Assembly: GCA_963793865.1 (NCBI GenBank)
Contig: CAWCBP010000014.1
Coordinates: 160,001-224,000, forward strand
DNA length: 64,000 nucleotides
Source: an uncultured delta proteobacterium
GTDB lineage: Bacteria; Desulfobacterota; WTBG01
Direction: 5' to 3'
The notes beneath the pieces are model-generated. The model was given only the letters and a program-made list of their open reading frames with translations. It searched no databases and was not told the DNA's origin. Positions 8,848 to 19,308 of the stretch are shown piece after piece; position 1 is the stretch's first letter; every line of letters begins with the position of its first letter. The translations under genes and the position numbers were made by a program.

Positions 8848-10797
8848 ATGGAAAAAGTGCTTTTAACAACAGTGTGCGGACCTTTTGGTGCAGATACCGA
8901 AGATTGTACCAGGCACGTTATGCCTGAACTGTATCATGCCCAGGTAACACGGGCGCAGGGAATTTTTAGCATCCGGGCAACCTATATTTCATACGGTCTG
9001 GAGTATATTGCGAACAACATAACAACCCCTACAACAGTGTTACAGTATCCCACCATGAAACAGTTTAAACGCGAGCTGAGAAAGGGGTATGATTATGTGG
9101 GAATCAGTTTTGTTATAGCCACATTCGGCAAGCTACAAAAAATGTGCAGGATGGTAAGAGAGGTGTCACCCGGTTCTAAAATAATACTGGGCGGGTACGG
9201 TACCATGCTTCCTGAATGTGATCTATATGGTGACTATATCTGCCGCGAGGAAGGGGTCGACTTTATGCGGCGGCTTTTGGGAGAAGTTCACCAGGATGAA
9301 CCCAAAAAGCATGTTGTGCTCCCAACCAGGGGGAACGTTGTTGGGTACCCCGCTATGAAAGGCGCTATGGTGCTGGCCGGGCTGGGCTGCCCCCATGGGT
9401 GTGAGTTTTGTGCCACATCTCATTTTCACAAGAGGCGCCATATCCCTCTTTTAAAGACAGGAGCGGATTTGCACAGGGAAATCAGAAGGGTGCGCAAGGT
9501 CTTGGGCAGTCCAAAACTGCGTATCGGAATTATTGAAGAGGATTTTCTCCTCCAGAAAGAACGTGCGCGTGAATATCTTAACTGCGTTAAGCAGGACATG
9601 GACAATCCCATGAGAATTTCCTGTTTTGCAAGCGCCTACTCGGTATCTCAATGGGATCCTGAGGATCTGGTCAGAATGGGTATTGACACTCTCTGGATTG
9701 GTGTTGAGTCCAAACAGGCTGCCTATGCCAAACTAAAGGGAATTGATGTAAAAAGCGTTTTTGAAACCCTCCATGCTCATGGCATCAACACCCTTGCATC
9801 CTTTATACTAGGCCATGATTTTCACACGGCTGAAAACATATGGGAAGATTTTGACTACCTTGTATCACTTAATCCGAGCCTGACCCAGTTTCTTATTCTG
9901 ACCCCGGCCTGTAACACACCTCTGTTTGACCGGCTCAAGCTGGAAGGAAGGCTGCTCGATATTCCCCACAAACATTGGGACGGGTTTCACCTGGCGTTTG
10001 ATCATCCCCACATCGAAAAGTCCCTCATGGAACAGCTGATCTTGGAGTTTTATGATGAGGAATACCGCAGGCTGGGCCCATCAGTCATACGGTACATTGA
10101 AAAGCAACTTCAGGGTTACGTGCGGTTCAAAAATTCCACTGATCCCCTTCTCAGGAGACGTGCAGAGCAGTACAGGCAGGGGTGCCTTGATGCACTGCCA
10201 ATCTTTCCCTCTGCATCCAGGTACGCCCCTACAGAAGAAGTTGCCCGGCGGATCAGAAATATTCGGCAATCTATAGCCTGCGAGATCGGTAACGGTGGAT
10301 TGAAAAATAAAATTCTTTCAGGCTTTGTGCCGTTACTTGCCCTGGCGGAAAAATTCAAGCAGAAGCACTGTGCTTATCCGCAGGCAAGGCTTCAGCGCAC
10401 CGAATACAGAATGTCGGAGAGTTGGTTGCACCCTGCAGCCCTTAAAGGAAACGGCATTCTCACCATCAAACCAAGGCCGCGCTATGCGGCTCATCATCCT
10501 CTGGTGATTGATCTTCATGGTGTTTTTGACAGGATGACGGCAAAGGAGCTGAAAAAAAGAGTTAAAGCTTATCTCGAGGGAAACAGGGAGCACCTTGCCA
10601 TTAACTTCAGTGGAGTAACCAGTACCGAACAGGGTGCACTGCTCTCGTTCCTGAAGAGACTGAAACGCAATAAACAGAGAATCAAGATTATCAGTATTGA
10701 TTCCTTCGGGTCAGACATGGCTGATGTGGTCAACTATGCAAAAACTTATTTTGAGGTATTTATGGATGTCGAAGGATTGACTGCGAGTCTGGCATGA
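8848..10797 (+). CDS. B12-binding radical SAM protein with C-terminal STAS-like domain
   Basis: N-terminal YDYVGISF...KIILGGYG; CPHGCEFC motif; tail LAINFSGVT...GALLSFLKRLK resembles STAS. Confidence 0.8.
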   Translation: MEKVLLTTVCGPFGADTEDCTRHVMPELYHAQVTRAQGIFSIRATYISYGLEYIANNITTPTTVLQYPTMKQFKRELRKGYDYVGISFVIATFGKLQKMCRMVREVSPGSKIILGGYGTMLPECDLYGDYICREEGVDFMRRLLGEVHQDEPKKHVVLPTRGNVVGYPAMKGAMVLAGLGCPHGCEFCATSHFHKRRHIPLLKTGADLHREIRRVRKVLGSPKLRIGIIEEDFLLQKERAREYLNCVKQDMDNPMRISCFASAYSVSQWDPEDLVRMGIDTLWIGVESKQAAYAKLKGIDVKSVFETLHAHGINTLASFILGHDFHTAENIWEDFDYLVSLNPSLTQFLILTPACNTPLFDRLKLEGRLLDIPHKHWDGFHLAFDHPHIEKSLMEQLILEFYDEEYRRLGPSVIRYIEKQLQGYVRFKNSTDPLLRRRAEQYRQGCLDALPIFPSASRYAPTEEVARRIRNIRQSIACEIGNGGLKNKILSGFVPLLALAEKFKQKHCAYPQARLQRTEYRMSESWLHPAALKGNGILTIKPRPRYAAHHPLVIDLHGVFDRMTAKELKKRVKAYLEGNREHLAINFSGVTSTEQGALLSFLKRLKRNKQRIKIISIDSFGSDMADVVNYAKTYFEVFMDVEGLTASLA

Positions 10798-10937
10798 AAC
10801 ATGTGTGCATCGTTTACCCAGGGTTTGGAGCAATGAACATCAATGGAGTACTTTTTTAAATCAAAAGTTCAACTTACTGCAATGATGGGTAAACACGGAT
10901 GTCCCTTTCTGAAAAAAAAAATGAAAATATAAACAGG

Positions 10938-13900
10938 TCATTCAGAATGACGCAACATAATCTCCATGACCGGAATGAGTGTTTCAATAAGTTGTTTGAA
11001 CAATAGATGTGCTGCGGGGCTATCCTCAATGAGGTTTATCATTGCATCTGTTCTGTTATAATAAAGATCGATTACCTCTACTCCAAAACTGTTGCTATAG
11101 AGTATTTCATCCCTGAATCGTCTTATTGTTTCTAAGCGGGCGTCCTTTCGGGCAAATAATCTTTCTACCAGACATTTACAGCCTTCATTTATACTTCCAT
11201 CACAGTTATTGTCTTTTCCGTCATCACACCTTTCGGTTGCACCGGGATACATATCCGGATCACTGTCGTCGCAGTCCACCGTGCCGCAGCACCCGCCTTC
11301 AACAGAATATCCGTCTCCGTCGCTGTCGGTACAATTCGAAGCTAATACCGCAGTGAAGCTGGAGTTGCTGTCAGCTTCTCCAAAACCCGGGACACTGAGG
11401 GTGAAAATCACATCCCAGGTTATGCAATCCGGGTCAGCAGCATTCAGGTTTGAGGCAGTGTATTCACTGGTAGCATCCGGCGTGCCGATAAGGGGATCAA
11501 CGCCTGCGCACATGAGCGCCGGGCCAAAACAATTTTCAACAGTTGAGGTGCCCAGTCCTGTCGTTACATCGAAACTACCGGAAGTTATGATATGGGTTTC
11601 TCCCAGGGCATTTTCAATTAACTGATCGATGGTGAAGTACAGCTCATTTCCGGATAGTATACCGGCTCCGGAGTAGGTGTAGGTGGAATCAACGGCCCGG
11701 TTGGTACGCCCGATCAGCCTGCCGGTACCATGGACAATATGAGTGCCGTCCTCAATCGGGTCCGGCGGGTCTTCTTCGACCACCACCTTTACATTATGCC
11801 AGGGTTTGACTGCGTATTCACGAACGTTGTCACGGTAGAACACCGCGCTCGGTGTAGTGCTAATGAATGCGCTCCATGGTGTTAGGATTTTATGTATGGT
11901 TACGGAGCCCGGGAGGTGCACCGGTACATCCAATGTATCTGCATCGTAAAACAGCTTATCGCATATGCCGTTACGGTGGCAGATATAATCTCCCGCCTCA
12001 ATCCAATCCAACGAGAGGGTCCGTTCAGTGCTGCCGTGCGTCTCGAATGATGCGTCAAAGTCGATTGTCGCAGACGATAAAATGGTGCGCACAGTGCTTC
12101 CGGCCAGGTCATGATTTACCTTGCTCGGCAGATTGATCAGGCTGACCGGATCCACCGCGGCATCCTCTGTTTGTAAATCAATAATCATGAATTTCTCGCG
12201 GCCGTTACCGTTGTCCACATAAACGCTCCATTCCGCGCGACCACCTTCAACAGCGCCTTCGATCTCGTAGAGGGAGAGGGTTACATAATAATCCTTTGCA
12301 GTATCATTTTCAAAAAAACGGGTTGGCGCAAGACTGTAGCCGGCAGGAAGCTTAAGTGCGGCCGACAGAGCGCCCGGATCGGTTATTTTGAAATTGTAAT
12401 ACGTAGCGGGGGGCGTATTCCTGATTTCAAATGTGGTCAGCGCATCCCCCGTACCCCTGAAGGAACTTCTTACAGCATCTCTCATGACGGTTAAGTAATT
12501 ACCGTTATTTTTGAAATCATACAGTTGACTCAGCCACTCGGGAATAATATCCAAGTACGGTGAATCCAAATTCCACCATGGTGAGAGGACATATTCCAGC
12601 GTATTGAGGTAATAAACGGCATAGGTGGGTTCGTCGTTCAGGTATTGCTTCCAACGCGTTTTATCGATGGTGATGTGAACCGGAACAATGACCGCATCAT
12701 AGTTGAACGTGGTAGCGTTATATAAACCGCGATCAAGAACCCCGTTTCCCCAGTAAATATAGTCATTGCCGGCAGCCATCTCCCTGGTAAAACGAACGAT
12801 CGTATTGGTCGCCGGGTTTGGCTTGGGAAAGCGTGATCTAAAAACGGTAGTCTCAACGCCATTCTCTCTTTTGCCCACACTCGCCACAACAGTGTTGCCT
12901 CGGAATTGATAGGAGACGGGCTCGGGCGGAGTTAAACCGCGAACCGAGTCGGCAGAAACCGCCTCAGCCAAAACATCTACGCATAAATATCCAGGGCGCG
13001 CACCGCCACCGGGAGGTTGAACAAAAACGTCCCATTCGGCACGTGCACCATTGACAATCGGCCCCGCTGCATTGTAGAGATTAAGCGCGAGAAAGTAACC
13101 CGGCTCATCCGATTCAAGAAATTGGGTGGGTGCCAAGCGAAACCCTGCGGGCAGCTCGTTCTCCTCAAATGCATCAATGGCAGCTTGATCCTTAAATTCC
13201 CACCTGATAAATACCGAACCGGGCGAGCCTTCACCATCTTCTTCGCTGGATATGATAAAATCCAGCCAGGGTTTATTGCCGGGATCTTTCACGTCTTCAG
13301 CATAGTCAAAGGCCTGCATGGTGAGGAAGAGTTTCTTCAGGGTATTTCTTGAAGCAATAAGCTGGTCTGCTGATTTGTTGATTGGCGTTGAGGGTATGGT
13401 GACAATCACCTGGCTGAGATCGTGCGCTATTGGTGCATTCAAGACCAGCGGCGCTTCATCAGAAGCACTGTCGAGCTTGTTATAATTTTCAACGAAGGTT
13501 GAAGCATTGGAGGTATGAAATGACACGCTGCCGGAGACGGTGGTCCCGGAGAAGTTCAGCGAACCACTTACCAACTCCGCTCCCCGTAATGATCGATCCG
13601 CCGGGATTGAGCTGTTAAACAGTGCCGGCAGTCCGTAAACAAAACTGAAAGAGGACCCGGTTTGCAAAGCACTTAAGAAGGGATGGATCACACTGGCGTG
13701 GGAGGGTGACACGGTATCAACAACATCGAGAACTGACTGCACAACTGTCCGTTTGCCGACGATTAACACGCCGCCATCCAGCAAAGATACGCTATTACCA
13801 TTCAGGTCAAGGTACATTTTGTGGGCGCCTGCCCCGTAAGTACCCTCGGACGCAAGGCCTGGCCCTTTAATCACTTCGCTGATGGTGTCGCAACGTAACC

Positions 13901-14270
13901 TGGCAAGCAGAAAGAGGCTCTCTGGAGCCCCCGTTGTTTGCACCAACAAGGCGGTTTTCACAGCACCAGCCAAGTCAACATTTTCAGCAAGTTCATTAAT
14001 GGTGCTCAATGGCTCGTTCAGCGCTGCATCACTGCCCTGGCCATTCAACAAACCGGTGACCTCAGTTGCGGAACTGCCGGAAAGAAGGTCATTGATATCA
14101 ACTGCAAGCACACCACGCGCATCCCCGGGCAACAAGGCTGTTAATTCGTTGACATTTTCGGCATGTGTCGTCGCAGGCAACTCACAATTGGCTTGCGCAG
14201 GTATCGACACGAAAACATTACAGAGCATGAGCAGCAACGAACACAAATAAATGCTATTCCTTTTTTTCAT
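10938..14270 (-). CDS. Large secreted protein: two internal repeated domains, MopE-related Cys/Asp motif, CFI-box-CTERM-like tail
   Basis: Start reassigned to MKKRNSIYL (signal peptide); repeats LPAGFRLAPT..GARAEW and LPAGYSLAPT..GGRAEW; DCDDSDPDMYPGATERCDDGKDNNCDG; tail IRRFRD..G...IDLYY. Confidence 0.8.
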   Translation of the reverse strand: MKKRNSIYLCSLLLMLCNVFVSIPAQANCELPATTHAENVNELTALLPGDARGVLAVDINDLLSGSSATEVTGLLNGQGSDAALNEPLSTINELAENVDLAGAVKTALLVQTTGAPESLFLLARLRCDTISEVIKGPGLASEGTYGAGAHKMYLDLNGNSVSLLDGGVLIVGKRTVVQSVLDVVDTVSPSHASVIHPFLSALQTGSSFSFVYGLPALFNSSIPADRSLRGAELVSGSLNFSGTTVSGSVSFHTSNASTFVENYNKLDSASDEAPLVLNAPIAHDLSQVIVTIPSTPINKSADQLIASRNTLKKLFLTMQAFDYAEDVKDPGNKPWLDFIISSEEDGEGSPGSVFIRWEFKDQAAIDAFEENELPAGFRLAPTQFLESDEPGYFLALNLYNAAGPIVNGARAEWDVFVQPPGGGARPGYLCVDVLAEAVSADSVRGLTPPEPVSYQFRGNTVVASVGKRENGVETTVFRSRFPKPNPATNTIVRFTREMAAGNDYIYWGNGVLDRGLYNATTFNYDAVIVPVHITIDKTRWKQYLNDEPTYAVYYLNTLEYVLSPWWNLDSPYLDIIPEWLSQLYDFKNNGNYLTVMRDAVRSSFRGTGDALTTFEIRNTPPATYYNFKITDPGALSAALKLPAGYSLAPTRFFENDTAKDYYVTLSLYEIEGAVEGGRAEWSVYVDNGNGREKFMIIDLQTEDAAVDPVSLINLPSKVNHDLAGSTVRTILSSATIDFDASFETHGSTERTLSLDWIEAGDYICHRNGICDKLFYDADTLDVPVHLPGSVTIHKILTPWSAFISTTPSAVFYRDNVREYAVKPWHNVKVVVEEDPPDPIEDGTHIVHGTGRLIGRTNRAVDSTYTYSGAGILSGNELYFTIDQLIENALGETHIITSGSFDVTTGLGTSTVENCFGPALMCAGVDPLIGTPDATSEYTASNLNAADPDCITWDVIFTLSVPGFGEADSNSSFTAVLASNCTDSDGDGYSVEGGCCGTVDCDDSDPDMYPGATERCDDGKDNNCDGSINEGCKCLVERLFARKDARLETIRRFRDEILYSNSFGVEVIDLYYNRTDAMINLIEDSPAAHLLFKQLIETLIPVMEIMLRHSE

Positions 14271-14420
14271 TATTTCCTTTCGTAAAAAATATTTTTTAAA
14301 GCTTCCCGATTGTGCCCCCCCCAAATCCATTGCTATGGTAAAAAGAGCATTTTTCGGGATAAATTGCAAGCATCAGCCGCAAAGATTGTACAAAGAAAAG
14401 TAATAGGGTAACCAGCAACA

Positions 14421-14499
14421 ATTGTTGAAGGGAAAATCATCAAGCATCACGGAATTACTAGCATAAACCGGTGAGGTGCAAACACTCACCGGCGCTCCT
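14421..14499 (+). repeat. 79-bp direct repeat, copy 2 (orphan phoU 3' end)
   Basis: Translates IVEGKIIKHHGITSINR*, versus PhoU IVEGKIIKHHGLNSLNR*. Confidence 0.95.
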
Positions 14500-14835
14500 G
14501 ATGTTTAATACAAAAAAATCGATCCTTCGCTTCACTCGGGATGATTAGCTAAATGCATCCGCGTTAGAGATTGTCTTCATGTACAGTATAATCCAGAGCA
14601 GAAGTCCTGCTTAGGATATCGAGAACGTAGCCGGTTGTCTCACCCACCGCCTGACATTATTCGGCCATATCAAAATCTCAAAATTATCAGGCTGATAACG
14701 GGTATTTAAGCGCAGCAGATGATTTTCAAAAGAAGCAACCGTACCAGAATATACAGCATAAAATTTTGAAAAATACAGTCATTACCCCATTGTCTTTGAT
14801 ATGCAATGGTATTTAATTATAGGTGACCTCATTAG

Positions 14836-15040
14836 TGTCCAAAACAAGATAATTATCCTTTAATTTTATTAAACTTTTTACATGAGATTGCTTCGTCGCT
14901 TATGCTCCTCGCAACGACCCTATTTGTGTGTCATTGTTTGATTTTGTCATTGCGAGCCCTTCGCTTGTCATTCTGAGCAACGCGAAGAATCTCGTTTTTC
15001 GCTCAGGATAAACTCCGCGCGGCAATCTCGTTTTTGGACA
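14836..15040. repeat. MITE-like element built from TGTCATT-type REP palindromes
   Basis: Imperfect terminal inverted repeats TGTCCAAAACAAGAT / ATCTCGTTTTTGGACA; internal units GAGATTGCTTCGTC..CGCAACGAC and TGTCATTCTGAGC..GAAGAATCTC. Confidence 0.6.
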
Positions 15041-15112
15041 AGTCTGATGTGACTTATAAATCAACAGGATGAAGTAGTATCAGGCTCAAATATATCAGTC
15101 CATCGCCTGTTT

Positions 15113-15754
15113 ATGAGACTCAGCCATTACATGTATATATTATTGGGTTTTGCAGCGGGCTGCCTGATCGTAGCCTCCTCCCTGGCAGTGAAGGATGAAC
15201 ACACGTATCCCACTGGTGCGGGCACAGAGCAGGCAATTCCGCCTCCGGAGAACTGGCTTGACATCACTCCCGTTCGCGGCGAGCCACAATTAAAATTTTA
15301 TCTTGATCAATTTATTTATAGATGTGATGTCTGCCATATTGCTGAGAAGGCCTCGGCATGTGGGTGCGACAAGAATCTCAAAACACCAAACACCTTTCAT
15401 TTGCCGTTCGGTGCACATCGGGATATGGTTTTTAATCATGGATTAAATCTGCGTTGCTTCAACTGCCATAATTGTGCAAATCTGGACACTTATGTAGATC
15501 ATGACGGCACTGAAATCCCCGGCGATCAACCCGTCCTGCTCTGCAGAAAATGTCACGGCACAACCTACCATGACTGGGAAGCCGGCGCCCACGGCCGGAG
15601 CAACGGTGCGTGGGACGCACGCCGCGGTATGCAGGCAAAGCTTACCTGCAACCAGTGTCATGATCCGCATGCACCGCACTTTCCCCGGCTGATTCCCCGG
15701 CCATTCTCCGTCCACCGTCAGAATTCCGCATTTTACGCGAGGCAGCCATCATGA
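15113..15754 (+). CDS. Tetraheme cytochrome c
   Basis: Four CxxCH motifs (CDVCH, CFNCH, CRKCH, CNQCH); N-terminal signal/anchor. Confidence 0.9.
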   Translation: MRLSHYMYILLGFAAGCLIVASSLAVKDEHTYPTGAGTEQAIPPPENWLDITPVRGEPQLKFYLDQFIYRCDVCHIAEKASACGCDKNLKTPNTFHLPFGAHRDMVFNHGLNLRCFNCHNCANLDTYVDHDGTEIPGDQPVLLCRKCHGTTYHDWEAGAHGRSNGAWDARRGMQAKLTCNQCHDPHAPHFPRLIPRPFSVHRQNSAFYARQPS

Positions 15755-16722
15755 GTAACCGGAACAACCATGAGCCCGGACAATCCGGCCGCCGGGCTCT
15801 TCATGATGTACCCTATGCGCCCATAACGCGGCGGAGCTTTTTAAAGTTTGGTGCTGTGGCGGCTGGCACCTGTGCAGGGCTGAGCCTTGCACTGTCGCCA
15901 TTCAAAAACCTCAAGGAACATGTCAGCCTCGATGAATTTCTCCAGCAGCACTATCAGCGTTTGACCCCGGAGATGATGAACACGATTATGAAGCGCATAG
16001 AAAGGGAGATAGAGCGTGATTACGGGGTTAAGGCGCTGATGGAAGATTCTAAACCCCTGCCGGGGGTTGAATATGCCTTTGCATTGAATATCGGAAAGTG
16101 CATAGGTTGTCGCCGGTGCGTCTACGGCTGTATGAAGGAAAACAACACCTCCCGCAACCCCCAGATTCAATATATACGCGTTCTTGAGATGGACAAAGGC
16201 ACACAGAATGTTGAAGAGTCAGAGCACTATTATGAACACGACGCGGTTCCCCAAAAAGATAAATATTACATGCCGGTTCAGTGCCATCAGTGTAAAAATG
16301 CCCCCTGCGTAAAAGCCTGTCCGGTCAAGGCAACCTGGCAGGAGCCGGATGGGATAATCGTTGTAGATTACAATTGGTGCATCGGCTGCCGCTATTGCAT
16401 GGCAGCATGCCCGTACTGGGCGCGCCGGTTTAATTTTGCCAAACCGGTCATCCCCACAGAAGAGATTACAACAGATATGGCATACCTTGGAAACCGTATC
16501 CGGCCGCGCGGGGTTGTGGAAAAATGCACCTTCTGCCTGCGGCGGGTTCGCAAAGGAATGCTTCCTGCGTGCGTTGAGGTCTGCCCTACGGGTTCACGCG
16601 TGTTTGGTAATCTGCGTGATCCGGAGAGCCCGATTAACTATATTCTCAAACACAAACTGGTCTACATTTTTAAAGAGGAGGCGGGAACAATCCCCCGTTT
16701 CTATTATTGCTTTGATGTATGA
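15751..16722 (+). CDS. 4Fe-4S protein, NrfC/DsrO-like, Tat-exported
   Basis: TRRSFLK twin-arginine motif; CIGCRRC, CHQCKNAPC, CIGCRYC, KCTFC..CVEVCP. Confidence 0.9.
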   Translation: MSNRNNHEPGQSGRRALHDVPYAPITRRSFLKFGAVAAGTCAGLSLALSPFKNLKEHVSLDEFLQQHYQRLTPEMMNTIMKRIEREIERDYGVKALMEDSKPLPGVEYAFALNIGKCIGCRRCVYGCMKENNTSRNPQIQYIRVLEMDKGTQNVEESEHYYEHDAVPQKDKYYMPVQCHQCKNAPCVKACPVKATWQEPDGIIVVDYNWCIGCRYCMAACPYWARRFNFAKPVIPTEEITTDMAYLGNRIRPRGVVEKCTFCLRRVRKGMLPACVEVCPTGSRVFGNLRDPESPINYILKHKLVYIFKEEAGTIPRFYYCFDV

Positions 16723-16729
16723 GGATTTT

Positions 16730-17962
16730 ATGACCCAACATGCGGCGCGGGATTATGTAATCTTTCTCTGGCGTCTCTATCGCTACAGCTTTCTGGCAGC
16801 ATGAAGTACTATGCCTGGATGACTGTGCTCACCATTCTTTCCCTGGCCGGCCTTTATGCGTTTGCTGAACAGACCGTTAACGGCCTTGCCATTACCGGCA
16901 TGACAGACCAGGTTTCCTGGGGAGTGTACATCGCAAACTTTACTTTTATTGTGGGTCTTGCGGCAGCCGCGGTGATGCTGGTCATTCCCGCCTATATCTA
17001 TAATAATAAGCATCTCCACGATGTGGTCATACTTGGTGAGCTGCTGGCGATTGCAGCAATTGTGATGTGCCTGCTGTTTGTCAATGTGGATCTGGGTCGG
17101 CCGGATCGTTTCTGGCACCTCACCCCGGTCATTGGGGTCTTCAACTTTCCCATTTCGATGCTTTCGTGGGATGTGATTGTGCTCATTGGCTATTGATACT
17201 GAATGTGCACATTTGCGGCTACCTTCTCTATATGCGCTATTTGAACAGAAAACCCTCCACCCTTTTTTACATGCCGTTTGTGTTTATTGCCATCGTATGG
17301 GCAATCAGCATTCACACGGTAACTGCATTTCTTTATGTGGGACTGGTCGGCAGGCCGTTCTGGAACGCTGCCATCGTTGCCCCCCGTTTCATCGGGTCCG
17401 CATTCACTGCAGGGCCCGGACTGATGATTGTTGCCTTCCAGGTCATCCGGCGTTATACCAATTATAAAATTGATGATGAGGCGCTCCGGATCCTTCGCCA
17501 GATTGTGACCGTTTCCCTGCTGGTGAACCTGTTTCTGCTCGGCTGTGAGGCATTCAAGGAGTTTTATGCCGAATCGGTTCATTCCAGTTCCGCACGGTAT
17601 CTTTTTTTGGACTTGACGGCTATACCCAGCTCAGATCGTGGATATGGTTTGCCATCGTCATAGAAACCATCGCCGGGGTTATCCTGGTTACTCCCTCTCT
17701 GGCCAAAAACATGATGTACACCAATGCAGCCTGCATGCTCGCTTTTGTGGGAATATGGATAGAAAAAGGAATGGGGATGATCGTGCCCGGTTTTCTGCCG
17801 ACTCCGCTGGGTGAAATTGTAGAATATTTTCCGACCATGCTTGAAACGCTCATGTGTATTGGCGTCTGGTCTTTTGGCCTGCTTATGTATTCATGGATGA
17901 TTCATTTGGCAGTACCCATCCTGTCCGGACAGTTCCAGCGGCATGGAAATCCATCAGGGTAG
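16730..17962 (+). CDS. NrfD/PsrC/DsrP-family quinol-interacting membrane subunit; three apparent frameshifts
   Basis: VSWGVYIANF, DLGRPDRFWH, SIHTVTAF, IEKGMG; breaks near 16795, 17193 and 17608, each repaired by adding one base to a short run. Confidence 0.85.
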
Positions 17963-18009
17963 GGCTTGACGGACGCCCGTTAGTGTAACACGAAAATGGA
18001 TGTAGGCTG

Positions 18010-18049
18010 CCCCCTCACCCTAACCCTCTCCCCGACGGGGAGAGGGGAA
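18010..18049. repeat. REP-like palindrome, CCCCTCACCCTAACCCTCTCCCC family
   Basis: Other copies at 25947-25969, 26728-26766, 50575-50657 and 60389-60563. Confidence 0.85.
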
Positions 18050-18098
18050 TCAGTGATTTTAATGCTTAGTGGTGCCCCAACGGGGAATGGAGGGTAAT

Positions 18099-18137
18099 AA
18101 AAAAAGGCAAAGCCATAAAAGGCCGTGCCTTTTTTTT
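18099..18137. terminator. Bidirectional terminator between convergent genes
   Basis: A-run GGCA...TGCC T-run. Confidence 0.65.
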
Positions 18138-18236
18138 AGCGAGATGGGGAATTAATTACCTGTGCACTCTGTTTCAAATTACCAGCTTATCATCTTGTCA
18201 ATCGGATCAGGACATATTGAAAGGTATGGAATGTAA

Positions 18237-19263
18237 TTATTCCGGTTGAGGGGTAAGCTGCACCTTGTCTGCCTCAAAACCTTTCTTTACGATCCGGTAG
18301 AGAAGGTCTTCATAGACAGTCTCGTCCAGGGCGGGAGTTCTGCTTAGAATGTAAAGTACAAACCGTGTCGAATTTGTAACCACCGCCCATTCATAGTCTT
18401 CATCCAGTTCAATGATCCAGTAATCAAATTCGATGCCGGCAATGTCTTCCCGGTCGAAGGTGACGCCAAGTTTTGCGTTGGTTGCAGTGATCAAGCACCC
18501 GGGCAATTCCTTCTATCGAGGTGGGATTACCATCCGGGCGCACGCCCCGGTTGAAGACTTTTACGGTGCCGTCATCATTGAGGGTGTATTCGGCGGTAAC
18601 TTCTTCCGCATCTTCATCAAAAATGGTGTCATACCGGGCATATTCATACCATAGCCCGGCGTAGCTTTCCAAATCCACGGAATCCACTGTCTCCGGTGGA
18701 GGCATATCCTTGGTTTCAATTTGAACCGTTTTTACAATTTGCTCGGGGTCAAAACCGTTTTTAGTGAGCCTGTCGATTATTCCCTCGTAGGTTGCCTCAT
18801 CCATGGTCGGCCTGCGATTGAGGATGAATAATGAACTCCTCTCGGAGTTGGTAACCACCGCGTAGGAATAGTACTCGCCCAGCTCGATGATCCAGTACTC
18901 GGATTCTTCGGTAATGCCGAAATCGGGAAAGCTGACGGCAAGTTTTGCATTGGTTGCAGGCTCAACCACCCGGGCAACCCCTTCTATCATGACCGGGGTA
19001 CCCTCTAAGCCGCCCACGAACCCCTTGTTTACCACTTTGACCGTGCAATCCTGGTTGATCGAGTATTCAGCTGTTACCCCGGCGAGATCTCCTATATTAG
19101 GGTTAATATACGATGCGATCTGGTACCACAAGCCGGTGTAACGGCACACATTCACGTAATCCACCGTCTCCGGCGGCCTCCTTTGGGGACAGCCGGTAAT
19201 AGTGAGTGCTACAATAAAAAGTAATATTTTTTGATATCCGGCGAATGTACCAATGCGTCTCAT
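18237..19263 (-). CDS. Tandem two-domain Blc-like lipocalin lipoprotein; one apparent frameshift near 18488
   Basis: Lipobox LTITGC; both domains have YxGLWY, VTAEY, YWIIEL and ILxR. Confidence 0.88.
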
Positions 19264-19308
19264 GTAAATTCCCTCCTTTTTTAAGATGTTGGTTTTTAGC
19301 CAAGTTCC

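Noticed and set aside
14836..15040. CRISPR array or tRNA among the palindromic repeats
   Set aside because: No regular repeat-spacer period, no cas genes and no cloverleaf; consistent with REP/MITE.
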